From NCBI GenBank assembly GCA_000146045.2, contig BK006947.3, positions 672,001 through 736,000 on the forward strand: 64,000 nt of DNA. Reading direction: 5' to 3'. Positions 23,595-34,138 of the stretch are shown in pieces (within the stretch, counting starts at the first letter, position 1; the number at the start of each line of letters is the position of its first letter). The stretch is from TPA_inf: Saccharomyces. Taxonomy: Eukaryota. Position numbers and translations under genes: made by a program. Under the pieces are notes generated by a model. That model saw only the letters and a list, made by a program, of their open reading frames with translations, had not been told where the DNA came from and did not search any database.

Positions 23595-25484
23595 ATGTTT
23601 GCATCGAGATTTGACCCTAGCCAATTGACTGCTCCTGCAGCTAGCGCACCAGAAGGAATCGTCGGAACTACTCCCCCGGCCATTGTGCCTTTAAAGAGGC
23701 AGGCTACTGAATCTGATAATGAAGAATATGGCTCTCACCAAGATTCTGATGAGAGTTCCAACTCTAGTTCAGAGGAAGACGAAGACCGTATGCAAGTAGA
23801 TTATGGGGCTAGTGAAGAGGATTCGAGTGAAGTGGAAGAGGAAGAGAGTAAGCCAAGTACTCACAGCACAGTGCTATCGAGATTCAAGCAAACAGTATCA
23901 TTGCAAGAAAGGCTAGGTGCATCTGATATTGCTGAGAGTAAGGAAGACGAAGGTATTGAAGACGAGGCGGCCTCAACTCACCAACTAAAACAGATTCCTC
24001 AACCTGAATTCGTCAAAAACCCAATGAATTTGAATACAAATTCATTACAGTTCAAATCTACGGGTTGGTTAAATACTGAGAAGATATATTATGATAATTC
24101 CTTGATCAAACCGTTCTCGGATTACGCAAATGAATTAGAAGCAAAACTACTGCAGAATATTTGCAAGAATTTCTCTACAAACACTTTTCCCATCCAATCG
24201 ATCATCCTAGACTCCATATTACCGGTATTGAACTTCACGTTGAACGTATCTAAGAGAAACTTCACCAGAAGAATCGGTGATATTCTTGTAAATGCTGCTA
24301 CCGGTTCAGGTAAAACTTTGGCTTACTCCATTCCTATTGTTCAAACCCTCTTCAAGAGACAAATTAACAGACTGCGTTGTATAATCATCGTCCCCACAAA
24401 ACTATTGATAAACCAAGTTTATACTACGTTGACAAAGCTAACTCAAGGGACGTCGCTTATTGTGAGCATTGCCAAATTAGAAAATTCTTTGAAGGACGAA
24501 CACAAAAAATTATCAAATTTGGAACCAGATATCTTAATCACTACACCTGGTAGATTAGTAGATCATCTAAATATGAAATCGATAAATTTGAAAAACCTAA
24601 AGTTTTTGATTATCGATGAGGCTGATCGTCTTTTGAACCAGTCCTTCCAGGGCTGGTGTCCAAAACTAATGTCCCATTTGAAAACGGATAAATTAGATAC
24701 ACTTCCAGGGAACGTGATCAAAATGATCTTCAGTGCGACATTGACTACCAACACAGAAAAGTTAAACGGCTTGAACCTTTACAAACCAAAGTTGTTCCTG
24801 AAGCAAACCGATAAATTGTACCAGCTACCTAACAAATTGAATGAATTTAACATCAACATTCCCACGGCGAAAAGTGTTTACAAGCCATTGATATTGTTGT
24901 ATTCAATATGCCAATTTATGGCACATTCCCCCATTGCTGCAAAGATTTTGATTTTCGTTAAATCAAATGAATCGTCTATCAGATTAAGCAAGTTACTACA
25001 ACTTATCTGTGAATCTCGCTCACAATCCAGCGTATTGAAAAACCTTCAAAATTTGGCGGTGAGTATTAATTCTGTCAATTCAAACAACTCCAAAGCAGAA
25101 AATAAAAAAATTGTTGCGAACTTCTCGCATCACTCGGAAAGCGCAGGCATTACCATCTTAATTACTACCGATATCATGTCCCGTGGTATTGATATTAACG
25201 ATATCACTCAAGTAATAAACTATGACCCACCAATGTCTTCTCAACAATATGTCCATCGTGTTGGTAGAACAGCAAGAGCTAACGAACTTGGTTCCGCTTA
25301 TAACTTACTAGTAGGTAGAGGTGAAAGAACGTTTTTCGATGACTTAAACAAAGATCTAGATAGAGACGGTAAATCTGTCCAGCCATTAGAACTCGATTTT
25401 ACCCTATTGGAATCTGATTCTGAACTATATACTTCGTCTCTAGAAAGTTTGAAAAACTATCACAATAACACCGCACAAGCTTAA
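23595..25484 (+). CDS. DBP6: Dbp6, DEAD-box RNA helicase for 60S ribosome biogenesis (629 aa)
   Basis: The ORF-track start is GTG 23589. The ATG at 23595 gives an acidic N-terminus followed by the helicase motifs AATGSGKT, IDEADRLL, SAT, HRVGRTAR. Confidence 0.92.
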   Translation: MFASRFDPSQLTAPAASAPEGIVGTTPPAIVPLKRQATESDNEEYGSHQDSDESSNSSSEEDEDRMQVDYGASEEDSSEVEEEESKPSTHSTVLSRFKQTVSLQERLGASDIAESKEDEGIEDEAASTHQLKQIPQPEFVKNPMNLNTNSLQFKSTGWLNTEKIYYDNSLIKPFSDYANELEAKLLQNICKNFSTNTFPIQSIILDSILPVLNFTLNVSKRNFTRRIGDILVNAATGSGKTLAYSIPIVQTLFKRQINRLRCIIIVPTKLLINQVYTTLTKLTQGTSLIVSIAKLENSLKDEHKKLSNLEPDILITTPGRLVDHLNMKSINLKNLKFLIIDEADRLLNQSFQGWCPKLMSHLKTDKLDTLPGNVIKMIFSATLTTNTEKLNGLNLYKPKLFLKQTDKLYQLPNKLNEFNINIPTAKSVYKPLILLYSICQFMAHSPIAAKILIFVKSNESSIRLSKLLQLICESRSQSSVLKNLQNLAVSINSVNSNNSKAENKKIVANFSHHSESAGITILITTDIMSRGIDINDITQVINYDPPMSSQQYVHRVGRTARANELGSAYNLLVGRGERTFFDDLNKDLDRDGKSVQPLELDFTLLESDSELYTSSLESLKNYHNNTAQA

Positions 25485-25613
25485 TTTCTCACTTTCCACC
25501 TTCGCATCCATTCATTTATAACATTCAAACATTTTTTTTTTTAGTCTCATTCTAATAACTCCTGAGTATAGTAATATTAATATGTATGTATTGATGGGTA
25601 TGTAACTGTAAAA

Positions 25614-27431
25614 TTATATTCGGTCTATGTCTATTGTAGTTTCACACGTTGGAATGCTCGTTTGAATGCACTTGTCAATGGCTAACCTTAACATCAATTC
25701 GTCATCGTCGGAGCCTCCTTTCATTGTTATCTTGATCAGTACCACATAAAGCGTAAAATTCACTTTGCTTATTACTATATCATCGTAATTTAGGATGTAT
25801 CTGGATTTAAACTCACTTAATCTCTCGATTTGGTCCTTGATCATGTTCTTAATGGTTGTTGGATTTTCAGTGAAACCTGCAGAATTCAAAAACCCAGTTT
25901 TCCGTATCTTTGTATTCTTTGTTGCTATAGGTAGTGAGCTCATTGATCTTGGTCGTACAGATGGTTTTTCTTTAGCAGCTTTAGACTCGACTTGTTGAGT
26001 ATGGGCGGTCGTATCAGTGCTGTCATTATTATTGAATAACGCTGAATTGGATAAAGATGTGGTGGAAAATCCCATTAGTAACACTGTCGAGGTCCACCGT
26101 GCTATAGTCAGCCCATGCCATAGAATTAAACTCGAAATAACCAAAGTAGCAAGGTAATCGGATATACTCGATAACAGATCCAATAGTAGGGGATAAATGA
26201 ATAGGTATGCTGTATAAGTGATGGTAATAATCGGGTTCTTCGTCTTTAAATTACTGTATTTGTTAGCATAAAACGTCTTATAAAGTGATAACGTCGATAA
26301 CACTAAATTGATCATTAGTATGCTATACCATAAGGTAATATTCTCGTTTTGTGAATCATTGGCATTGGCAATGTGGGAATGAGGAATTTGCTCATTAATT
26401 TCATCGTGATCATGGTTATTCGTCAAAGAACTACCAGATTCTACAAAGAGGACTATGAATTCTTCAATTATATGGAATAAAAGGTCCAGCCCAACAAAGC
26501 ATAACGAAACGGCAAGCGCAAAACTTAGTAGAACGTCTATTCTATTTAACCCGAATGGAAATGTGATAGTGCCTGTAAACCATACCTGGAACTGAGACAA
26601 ATTTTCCACAAATATGATTACCAGCGAACCGATGATATCGTAAGTAATAAAATGCGATAGTGTAATAAAATTACTCCATGAGTACAGGTGTCCGACTTGG
26701 AAAGTAATCAGACATGCAAAGATTTGTAGAGCGGCAATAGATAACTGAATATAAGCCTTTGGCCATGGCAAATTTGACAGCAAATCATTGAAATCTGGAA
26801 TGGGAAGAGATTTGGCAATGTTCAAAGGAATTTTCACCTCAGGCTCTTGAAAAAAATTCATGGATACAGAGGAATGCTTATAACGATGCCCCTTACGAAA
26901 TGAGGTCCTTGATGCAGCTGAAGAGGGTGGTGTCTGTTGATGCGGTTGCAGCGTTGATGTCGTAAAATTAAAGGGAGAATCCAAGGTCATAGAAGACCTC
27001 TTACTGCTGCCAGCATCGGGGGAAATGCCTCTTACCGGTGATCTTGTTCTGGGAGGAGGCGGCACCAGCTTTGGTGCTGGTATATATTTGAGTGATTGCC
27101 TTCGTCCTTCGTTGCCTTTTCCCTTCATCAAAGCAGCTTCATTGATATTAGCATTACTAGAAGCGTTTTCACCAAAAGTGAACGAAGGATTGTAGATGAT
27201 ACTAGAACTGGAATTGTTACCTTCCTTGGCAGAATAAAATAGGGAACTGGGCCTAGGTGATGCAAAAAATGTCCTGTTTTGGGATGGTATACCGTCTACA
27301 TTCCCGACAGCGTTCATATTGGACAAAGAAAACGATGAAGCATCGGAATCATTCAATTTAGGAGTCTGGAAAGCAACTTCCGGAGACAAATTGTCCTCCT
27401 CTTGTATAGCGTTCATTTGCGGCGTCTCCAT
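25614..27431 (-). CDS. ZRG17: Zrg17, cation-diffusion-facilitator zinc transporter subunit of the ER (with Msc2), 605 aa
   Basis: 605 aa, Ser-rich N-terminus and C-terminal CDF-type TM domain. A perfect ZRE lies 74 bp upstream. Confidence 0.9.
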   Translation of the reverse strand: METPQMNAIQEEDNLSPEVAFQTPKLNDSDASSFSLSNMNAVGNVDGIPSQNRTFFASPRPSSLFYSAKEGNNSSSSIIYNPSFTFGENASSNANINEAALMKGKGNEGRRQSLKYIPAPKLVPPPPRTRSPVRGISPDAGSSKRSSMTLDSPFNFTTSTLQPHQQTPPSSAASRTSFRKGHRYKHSSVSMNFFQEPEVKIPLNIAKSLPIPDFNDLLSNLPWPKAYIQLSIAALQIFACLITFQVGHLYSWSNFITLSHFITYDIIGSLVIIFVENLSQFQVWFTGTITFPFGLNRIDVLLSFALAVSLCFVGLDLLFHIIEEFIVLFVESGSSLTNNHDHDEINEQIPHSHIANANDSQNENITLWYSILMINLVLSTLSLYKTFYANKYSNLKTKNPIITITYTAYLFIYPLLLDLLSSISDYLATLVISSLILWHGLTIARWTSTVLLMGFSTTSLSNSALFNNNDSTDTTAHTQQVESKAAKEKPSVRPRSMSSLPIATKNTKIRKTGFLNSAGFTENPTTIKNMIKDQIERLSEFKSRYILNYDDIVISKVNFTLYVVLIKITMKGGSDDDELMLRLAIDKCIQTSIPTCETTIDIDRI

Positions 27432-27504
27432 AGCTCTTTCCCTATTCTATAATCTCGCTCACAAGTCACTAAATATTCACTTTTTCTCTCTTAGTAACAA
27501 AAAT

Positions 27505-27515
27505 ACCTTCAAGGT
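27505..27515. promoter_or_regulatory. Perfect Zap1 zinc-responsive element (ZRE) ACCTTCAAGGT, 74 bp upstream of ZRG17 and 175 bp upstream of YNR040W
   Basis: An 11/11 match to the palindromic ZRE consensus ACCTTNAAGGT. ZRG17 is a Zap1 target (memory). Confidence 0.8.
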
Positions 27516-27689
27516 TCATCATTTTCAGTAATGAATATTCTTGATATTACGCAATAGGACACTTGTGGAAAACTTTTTGAGGTTGCGTTACCCGCGCTGA
27601 AATTCGAGAACAATAAAGATCATCATCTCTCATTTTAGCTACATTATAACATAAGAAGGTGCATTTAGTTATCTTATGTGGACTAGGGT

Positions 27690-28460
27690 ATGACAAACAT
27701 GGCTGCCAAGAATCAGTTCAAAGGAAGCAGCTTCACACTAGCGCAGCTAATCGAAGAAGTCGGACGTAACGGAGGAAAAAAGCCTGTGTTCCAGTATAAG
27801 GTACCACGGTCGATACGATGGGCTTCAACTGCTCTAGCTGTAGTGTTTCTCACATATGGCGCTGCATACACTGATATGTCGTGGAGAACTGCTCGAGAAG
27901 TGTACGGAAACGCTACTGAGGAAGAAAAACACAGCCCGTGGTTCAAGTGCAAAACTTTTGGGCCTGTGGCTTTAGGGGTTTTGCCTGTGATCCTCGCTGC
28001 TGCCACGAAACACGTAACGTCAAGACTAGTCACAGAAATGAAATATCTGCCACCGCTCAAGAATAGTACGGTGCCACGGTGTCAATTGACTCGACGCACT
28101 TACTTGTTAGGAAGACCAGTTTCTATCACGAGGGAGATCAATGAACTGTCTAAAAATAAGGCCACCAAGATCTTCACAGGAGTAGGTTCTCAAGGTATGG
28201 AGGATAAGGCCACCTTTGTTTTCTTCACAGTGGATGAAAAAGCACCCTCATTTTTCAATAAATTTTACATTTTCTCGAGATCTGGTAGCGTTGTGAAGAA
28301 TGACGCCAGGATCTTGGACTGCTTTTTCAACAGTGTGGCAGAAAATAAGCTATTGAACAGGTCAATATTAACTCAGATCCTTTCACATACGTCTGCCAAG
28401 ACCCTATTTCACTCGGGGAATTCTAGATCATCCATCAAGAATATCGTGAAGCCCAAATAG
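27690..28460 (+). CDS. YNR040W, uncharacterised mitochondrial protein (256 aa)
   Basis: A 256-aa ORF at the position expected for YNR040W, divergent from ZRG17. The function call is from memory only. Confidence 0.7.
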   Translation: MTNMAAKNQFKGSSFTLAQLIEEVGRNGGKKPVFQYKVPRSIRWASTALAVVFLTYGAAYTDMSWRTAREVYGNATEEEKHSPWFKCKTFGPVALGVLPVILAAATKHVTSRLVTEMKYLPPLKNSTVPRCQLTRRTYLLGRPVSITREINELSKNKATKIFTGVGSQGMEDKATFVFFTVDEKAPSFFNKFYIFSRSGSVVKNDARILDCFFNSVAENKLLNRSILTQILSHTSAKTLFHSGNSRSSIKNIVKPK

Positions 28461-28540
28461 GTACGGACATCTACGTAAGAATGCATGTAAATAATAATCG
28501 AATAAAAGAACAATTAAACACTTGTATATGCACGCTATAT

Positions 28541-29659
28541 CTACAAGAATCCAAACAGTCTCAAGATGTAGTCGACTGCCAAGGCGTACGTAAAGTAAAG
28601 TCCGGTGTTGATATTTGCATTAAAATACTTCCAGCAGTTTTTAGGATTGTCAAGATCCACTTTCTTTATCATGCTGAAGAGTCTATAAGCGAAGACTCCT
28701 AGTCCACCAATGAACCCAGGCCCCCATAACAACCCACTGTTCAAGCCGGCGACAGCTAACAGTGCGATTTGAGACGCGGACATGGCCTTCATGATAGACT
28801 TTGTGCGTGGACCCCAAGCCAAAGCGGTAGACTTGATTCCAGCCTTGATGTCAAACTTTTTATCCTGGTGTGCGTATATAGTATCGTAAGTCATACACCA
28901 CAAGTAACTGCTCAGGTACAAAGGTATCATTGTAGGCCAGCTCATTACACCCATGGCAGGAAACCCAAGTAACGCTCCCCAATTGAAACATGCACTTAAT
29001 GCAGCTTGAGGATAGTACGTAAACCGCTTAAACAAAGGGTATGTGAACACAATAGGTAACGATGCAAGGCCTAGCCACCAACACTGCGCAGGAAGCAAAG
29101 ATAGAACGCCCATTCCAACAAGAGTTTGAGCCCCCAAGAATACTAACGCCCGACGGGGGCTCACTCTACCAGAGGCGATAGGCCTCTCGACGGACCTGAT
29201 AACTCTTTGATCCAACTTTCTATCCAAAAAATCGTTGATGGTGCAGCCAGCACCTCTCATTACCAATGCACCTACACCGAAAATACCCAACATACCAGCT
29301 GTTGCGCTCAATGTAGCACCTTGCATCATGGCTCCCATAAGTATAGACCAACTGCAGGGCAAATATAACAGCCACGTGCCCACGGGTTTCTCTAGCCTCA
29401 TCAGCTCCGCATACGGTATCCATTTCTTAGGCAGCCGAGACACGAACGGTCCCAGTCCATCCAATCTTTCCTTTCTTGCAACTTCCAACTCTTTCGACGT
29501 AAACACAGGTGCTGATTCTTTCGAGGAAGGGGAGGAGGAGGAGGAGGAAGAAGACGTATATCTCTTTCTGCTGCTTCCAATGATTCCAGCAACGGTAACT
29601 CGGCCGCTGCCCAGAATGGACCTCCCTAGTAAAATACTCTTTCTCTGCCAAATAAACAT
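28541..29659 (-). CDS. COQ2: Coq2, para-hydroxybenzoate:polyprenyl transferase (UbiA family, 372 aa)
   Basis: UbiA prenyltransferase motifs (NDFLDRKLD), multiple TM segments, N-terminal mitochondrial presequence, 372 aa. Confidence 0.92.
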   Translation of the reverse strand: MFIWQRKSILLGRSILGSGRVTVAGIIGSSRKRYTSSSSSSSSPSSKESAPVFTSKELEVARKERLDGLGPFVSRLPKKWIPYAELMRLEKPVGTWLLYLPCSWSILMGAMMQGATLSATAGMLGIFGVGALVMRGAGCTINDFLDRKLDQRVIRSVERPIASGRVSPRRALVFLGAQTLVGMGVLSLLPAQCWWLGLASLPIVFTYPLFKRFTYYPQAALSACFNWGALLGFPAMGVMSWPTMIPLYLSSYLWCMTYDTIYAHQDKKFDIKAGIKSTALAWGPRTKSIMKAMSASQIALLAVAGLNSGLLWGPGFIGGLGVFAYRLFSMIKKVDLDNPKNCWKYFNANINTGLYFTYALAVDYILRLFGFL

Positions 29660-29894
29660 TAGTTGACACTGTTATTCTACGACAGTTATTTCTACTGTAA
29701 TCTATAGTATACTCCGCCCTTCTGATAACCTTACTTTTAATTTTGGCCTGATTCTTGTGAAACTTTTCCACGATGCCGAAATCGCCGAAATGGCTCGTTT
29801 AGCCTTTTCTCGAAGATTGATATATAAAGAGCATCCATCGTGCTGGTAATGGTGATGCAAGATTGAAAATTCCCAGACAGTGAGCACCAGCACA

Positions 29895-31085
29895 ATGACC
29901 GTTTACACAGCATCCGTTACCGCACCCGTCAACATCGCAACCCTTAAGTATTGGGGGAAAAGGGACACGAAGTTGAATCTGCCCACCAATTCGTCCATAT
30001 CAGTGACTTTATCGCAAGATGACCTCAGAACGTTGACCTCTGCGGCTACTGCACCTGAGTTTGAACGCGACACTTTGTGGTTAAATGGAGAACCACACAG
30101 CATCGACAATGAAAGAACTCAAAATTGTCTGCGCGACCTACGCCAATTAAGAAAGGAAATGGAATCGAAGGACGCCTCATTGCCCACATTATCTCAATGG
30201 AAACTCCACATTGTCTCCGAAAATAACTTTCCTACAGCAGCTGGTTTAGCTTCCTCCGCTGCTGGCTTTGCTGCATTGGTCTCTGCAATTGCTAAGTTAT
30301 ACCAATTACCACAGTCAACTTCAGAAATATCTAGAATAGCAAGAAAGGGGTCTGGTTCAGCTTGTAGATCGTTGTTTGGCGGATACGTGGCCTGGGAAAT
30401 GGGAAAAGCTGAAGATGGTCATGATTCCATGGCAGTACAAATCGCAGACAGCTCTGACTGGCCTCAGATGAAAGCTTGTGTCCTAGTTGTCAGCGATATT
30501 AAAAAGGATGTGAGTTCCACTCAGGGTATGCAATTGACCGTGGCAACCTCCGAACTATTTAAAGAAAGAATTGAACATGTCGTACCAAAGAGATTTGAAG
30601 TCATGCGTAAAGCCATTGTTGAAAAAGATTTCGCCACCTTTGCAAAGGAAACAATGATGGATTCCAACTCTTTCCATGCCACATGTTTGGACTCTTTCCC
30701 TCCAATATTCTACATGAATGACACTTCCAAGCGTATCATCAGTTGGTGCCACACCATTAATCAGTTTTACGGAGAAACAATCGTTGCATACACGTTTGAT
30801 GCAGGTCCAAATGCTGTGTTGTACTACTTAGCTGAAAATGAGTCGAAACTCTTTGCATTTATCTATAAATTGTTTGGCTCTGTTCCTGGATGGGACAAGA
30901 AATTTACTACTGAGCAGCTTGAGGCTTTCAACCATCAATTTGAATCATCTAACTTTACTGCACGTGAATTGGATCTTGAGTTGCAAAAGGATGTTGCCAG
31001 AGTGATTTTAACTCAAGTCGGTTCAGGCCCACAAGAAACAAACGAATCTTTGATTGACGCAAAGACTGGTCTACCAAAGGAATAA
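29895..31085 (+). CDS. MVD1: Mvd1/Erg19, mevalonate diphosphate decarboxylase (396 aa)
   Basis: The ORF-track start is GTG 29880. The ATG at 29895 gives MTVYTASVTAPVNIATLKYWGKRD, the GHMP-kinase family motif, 396 aa. Confidence 0.93.
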   Translation: MTVYTASVTAPVNIATLKYWGKRDTKLNLPTNSSISVTLSQDDLRTLTSAATAPEFERDTLWLNGEPHSIDNERTQNCLRDLRQLRKEMESKDASLPTLSQWKLHIVSENNFPTAAGLASSAAGFAALVSAIAKLYQLPQSTSEISRIARKGSGSACRSLFGGYVAWEMGKAEDGHDSMAVQIADSSDWPQMKACVLVVSDIKKDVSSTQGMQLTVATSELFKERIEHVVPKRFEVMRKAIVEKDFATFAKETMMDSNSFHATCLDSFPPIFYMNDTSKRIISWCHTINQFYGETIVAYTFDAGPNAVLYYLAENESKLFAFIYKLFGSVPGWDKKFTTEQLEAFNHQFESSNFTARELDLELQKDVARVILTQVGSGPQETNESLIDAKTGLPKE

Positions 31086-31496
31086 GATCAATTCGATATG
31101 TAACATTTTTCTTTTCTTTTCTTTTCCTTTTTTTACAATAGCTAATTTACGTTTCCCTACGGTATTGGTCGGAACGACCAAGCTTCAATTTATAAATATC
31201 TTAATTTTAACAGCAGTTACCACTTGAATGAGAAACTTTTTGATGCCTACTCTTTTGCTTTTTCATATCATGACCTCCCTACATGCTTCGGAATTTCCTT
31301 ATTCGTAGCTGTCTAACAGCACCACTTAGCACAAGTACGTCCACCCGTTTCATACTTAAAGATCTCAGCAGCCACCCAATCTACATTTAGGGTACCTGTC
31401 ACATATCTTCTCAAATTTTAGGTTAGCTTTCAATTGTAAAGTCTCTTTTTGGATATTGCACGTTTCAAGTCAAAACGCGGCTGTAACATAATTTTC

Positions 31497-31503
31497 TGAA
31501 ACA
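31497..31503 (+). promoter_or_regulatory. Ste12 pheromone-response element TGAAACA about 200 bp upstream of AGA1. A second near-match TGAAACG (reverse orientation) is at about 31462-31468.
   Basis: Exact PRE heptamer. AGA1 is pheromone-inducible. Confidence 0.6.
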
Positions 31504-31698
31504 ATATTAAAACATAGTAATGACTTAAAACAAGCGACTATCGCAAATAAGCAGTTCCCAGCAAGCAATTAAAACGTATATAAGCGCAGAATAATGATCT
31601 ATCATCAATAATTATCGTGAACTTTTCCAGTATTTACGTTCATCTTTGAAAAACGGCGAGCATTAACAATAAAAGCTAAAAAAACCAAAAAATTTCAG

Positions 31699-33876
31699 AT
31701 GACATTATCTTTCGCTCATTTTACCTACCTGTTCACAATATTGTTGGGATTAACTAATATTGCCTTGGCATCTGATCCAGAAACGATTCTAGTGACGATA
31801 ACCAAGACAAACGATGCAAATGGGGTTGTTACAACTACAGTTTCACCCGCGCTAGTCTCCACATCCACTATCGTTCAAGCTGGCACTACGACATTGTATA
31901 CGACTTGGTGTCCATTGACGGTATCCACTTCATCTGCTGCCGAAATAAGTCCTTCAATATCGTACGCTACTACCCTATCCAGATTTAGTACTTTGACATT
32001 ATCTACAGAAGTCTGCTCCCATGAGGCATGTCCTTCGTCATCGACGTTGCCAACCACCACCTTATCTGTGACTTCCAAGTTCACTTCATATATTTGCCCT
32101 ACTTGTCACACAACCGCTATCAGCTCATTATCCGAAGTAGGAACTACAACCGTGGTATCATCCAGCGCCATTGAACCATCAAGTGCCTCTATAATCTCAC
32201 CTGTCACCTCTACACTTTCGAGTACAACATCGTCCAATCCAACTACTACCTCCCTAAGTTCGACATCTACATCTCCAAGCTCTACATCTACATCTCCAAG
32301 CTCTACATCTACCTCATCAAGTTCGACATCTACCTCATCAAGTTCGACATCTACCTCATCAAGTTCGACATCTACATCTCCAAGTTCGACATCCACATCT
32401 TCAAGTTTGACATCCACATCTTCAAGTTCTACATCTACATCCCAAAGTTCTACATCTACCTCATCAAGTTCGACATCTACATCTCCAAGCTCTACATCTA
32501 CCTCATCAAGTTCAACATCTACATCTCCAAGTTCTAAATCTACTTCTGCAAGCTCCACTTCCACTTCTTCATATTCAACATCTACATCCCCAAGTTTGAC
32601 TTCTTCATCTCCAACTTTGGCTTCCACTTCTCCAAGTTCAACATCTATTAGCTCTACTTTTACTGATTCAACTTCATCCCTTGGCTCCTCTATAGCATCT
32701 TCATCAACGTCTGTGTCATTATACAGCCCATCCACACCTGTTTACTCCGTCCCTTCGACTTCGTCAAATGTTGCAACTCCTTCTATGACTTCTTCAACTG
32801 TTGAAACAACTGTTAGTTCACAAAGTTCGTCTGAATATATCACCAAATCCTCAATTTCTACTACTATCCCATCATTTTCCATGTCTACATATTTCACCAC
32901 TGTTAGTGGAGTCACTACAATGTATACGACATGGTGTCCTTATAGCTCTGAATCTGAGACTAGCACATTAACCAGTATGCATGAAACGGTTACAACAGAC
33001 GCTACAGTCTGCACTCACGAGTCTTGCATGCCCTCGCAGACAACAAGTTTGATTACATCTTCTATAAAAATGTCCACTAAAAACGTCGCAACTTCTGTAA
33101 GCACCTCAACGGTTGAATCCTCATATGCATGCTCCACATGTGCTGAAACGTCACACTCGTATTCTTCCGTGCAAACAGCTTCATCAAGTTCTGTAACACA
33201 GCAGACCACATCCACAAAGAGTTGGGTAAGTTCAATGACAACTTCGGATGAAGATTTCAATAAGCACGCTACCGGTAAGTATCATGTAACATCTTCAGGT
33301 ACCTCAACCATTTCGACTAGTGTAAGTGAAGCCACGAGTACATCAAGCATTGACTCAGAATCTCAAGAACAATCATCACACTTATTATCGACATCGGTCC
33401 TTTCATCCTCCTCCTTGTCTGCTACATTATCCTCTGACAGTACTATTTTGCTATTCAGTTCTGTATCATCACTAAGTGTCGAACAGTCACCAGTTACCAC
33501 ACTTCAAATTTCTTCAACATCAGAGATTTTACAACCCACTTCTTCCACAGCTATTGCTACAATATCTGCCTCTACATCATCACTTTCCGCAACATCTATC
33601 TCTACACCATCTACCTCTGTGGAATCGACTATTGAATCTTCATCATTGACTCCGACGGTATCTTCTATTTTCCTCTCATCATCATCTGCTCCCTCTTCTC
33701 TACAAACATCTGTTACCACTACAGAAGTTTCCACTACTTCAATCTCCATACAATACCAAACTTCATCAATGGTAACAATTAGCCAATATATGGGCAGTGG
33801 ATCGCAAACGCGTTTGCCATTAGGAAAGTTGGTCTTCGCCATCATGGCAGTTGCTTGCAATGTAATTTTCAGTTAA
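31699..33876 (+). CDS. AGA1: Aga1, a-agglutinin anchorage subunit (GPI-anchored Ser/Thr-rich cell wall protein, 725 aa)
   Basis: Signal peptide, extremely Ser/Thr-rich with tandem STSTSxS repeats, C-terminal hydrophobic GPI signal, 725 aa. Confidence 0.92.
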   Translation: MTLSFAHFTYLFTILLGLTNIALASDPETILVTITKTNDANGVVTTTVSPALVSTSTIVQAGTTTLYTTWCPLTVSTSSAAEISPSISYATTLSRFSTLTLSTEVCSHEACPSSSTLPTTTLSVTSKFTSYICPTCHTTAISSLSEVGTTTVVSSSAIEPSSASIISPVTSTLSSTTSSNPTTTSLSSTSTSPSSTSTSPSSTSTSSSSTSTSSSSTSTSSSSTSTSPSSTSTSSSLTSTSSSSTSTSQSSTSTSSSSTSTSPSSTSTSSSSTSTSPSSKSTSASSTSTSSYSTSTSPSLTSSSPTLASTSPSSTSISSTFTDSTSSLGSSIASSSTSVSLYSPSTPVYSVPSTSSNVATPSMTSSTVETTVSSQSSSEYITKSSISTTIPSFSMSTYFTTVSGVTTMYTTWCPYSSESETSTLTSMHETVTTDATVCTHESCMPSQTTSLITSSIKMSTKNVATSVSTSTVESSYACSTCAETSHSYSSVQTASSSSVTQQTTSTKSWVSSMTTSDEDFNKHATGKYHVTSSGTSTISTSVSEATSTSSIDSESQEQSSHLLSTSVLSSSSLSATLSSDSTILLFSSVSSLSVEQSPVTTLQISSTSEILQPTSSTAIATISASTSSLSATSISTPSTSVESTIESSSLTPTVSSIFLSSSSAPSSLQTSVTTTEVSTTSISIQYQTSSMVTISQYMGSGSQTRLPLGKLVFAIMAVACNVIFS
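32260..32595 (+). repeat. AGA1: Intragenic tandem repeat in AGA1: about 16 copies of a 21-nt unit (tcgacatctacatctccaagt and variants) encoding STSTS(P/S)S
   Basis: The repeat units can be phased directly, with P/S/Q/L variant units. Confidence 0.9.
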
Positions 33877-34138
33877 TATCAGAACAATTTAATTCATTTA
33901 TATAAACATATACAATCAATCGAATAAAAATACAACAATGTAATGAAAACGCTCTCTATTGATATGTATTTGCTGACGCTTATAAATTTATTAAAGTTTT
34001 ATTTTAAACCGTTCTAGTGACTTCACGCGGGGAGATACATCCAATAGTAAATTACAAAATAAGGAAAGTATAAAACAAACGGATAACAACAGTAGCTTGG
34101 AGACAGCAAAGGCACCCGAGCAGGCGTGGAAACACACG

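Noticed and set aside
29235-29666. 143-aa plus-strand ORF overlapping COQ2 (the position of dubious YNR042W)
   Set aside because: It is antisense to the well-supported COQ2 CDS. Its poly-Glu run is the reverse frame of the COQ2 Ser tract. Not treated as a gene.
32106-32735. 209-aa minus-strand ORF with DVDVEL repeats inside AGA1
   Set aside because: A reverse-frame artefact of the AGA1 21-nt Ser/Thr repeat array. Its periodicity is inherited from the sense strand.
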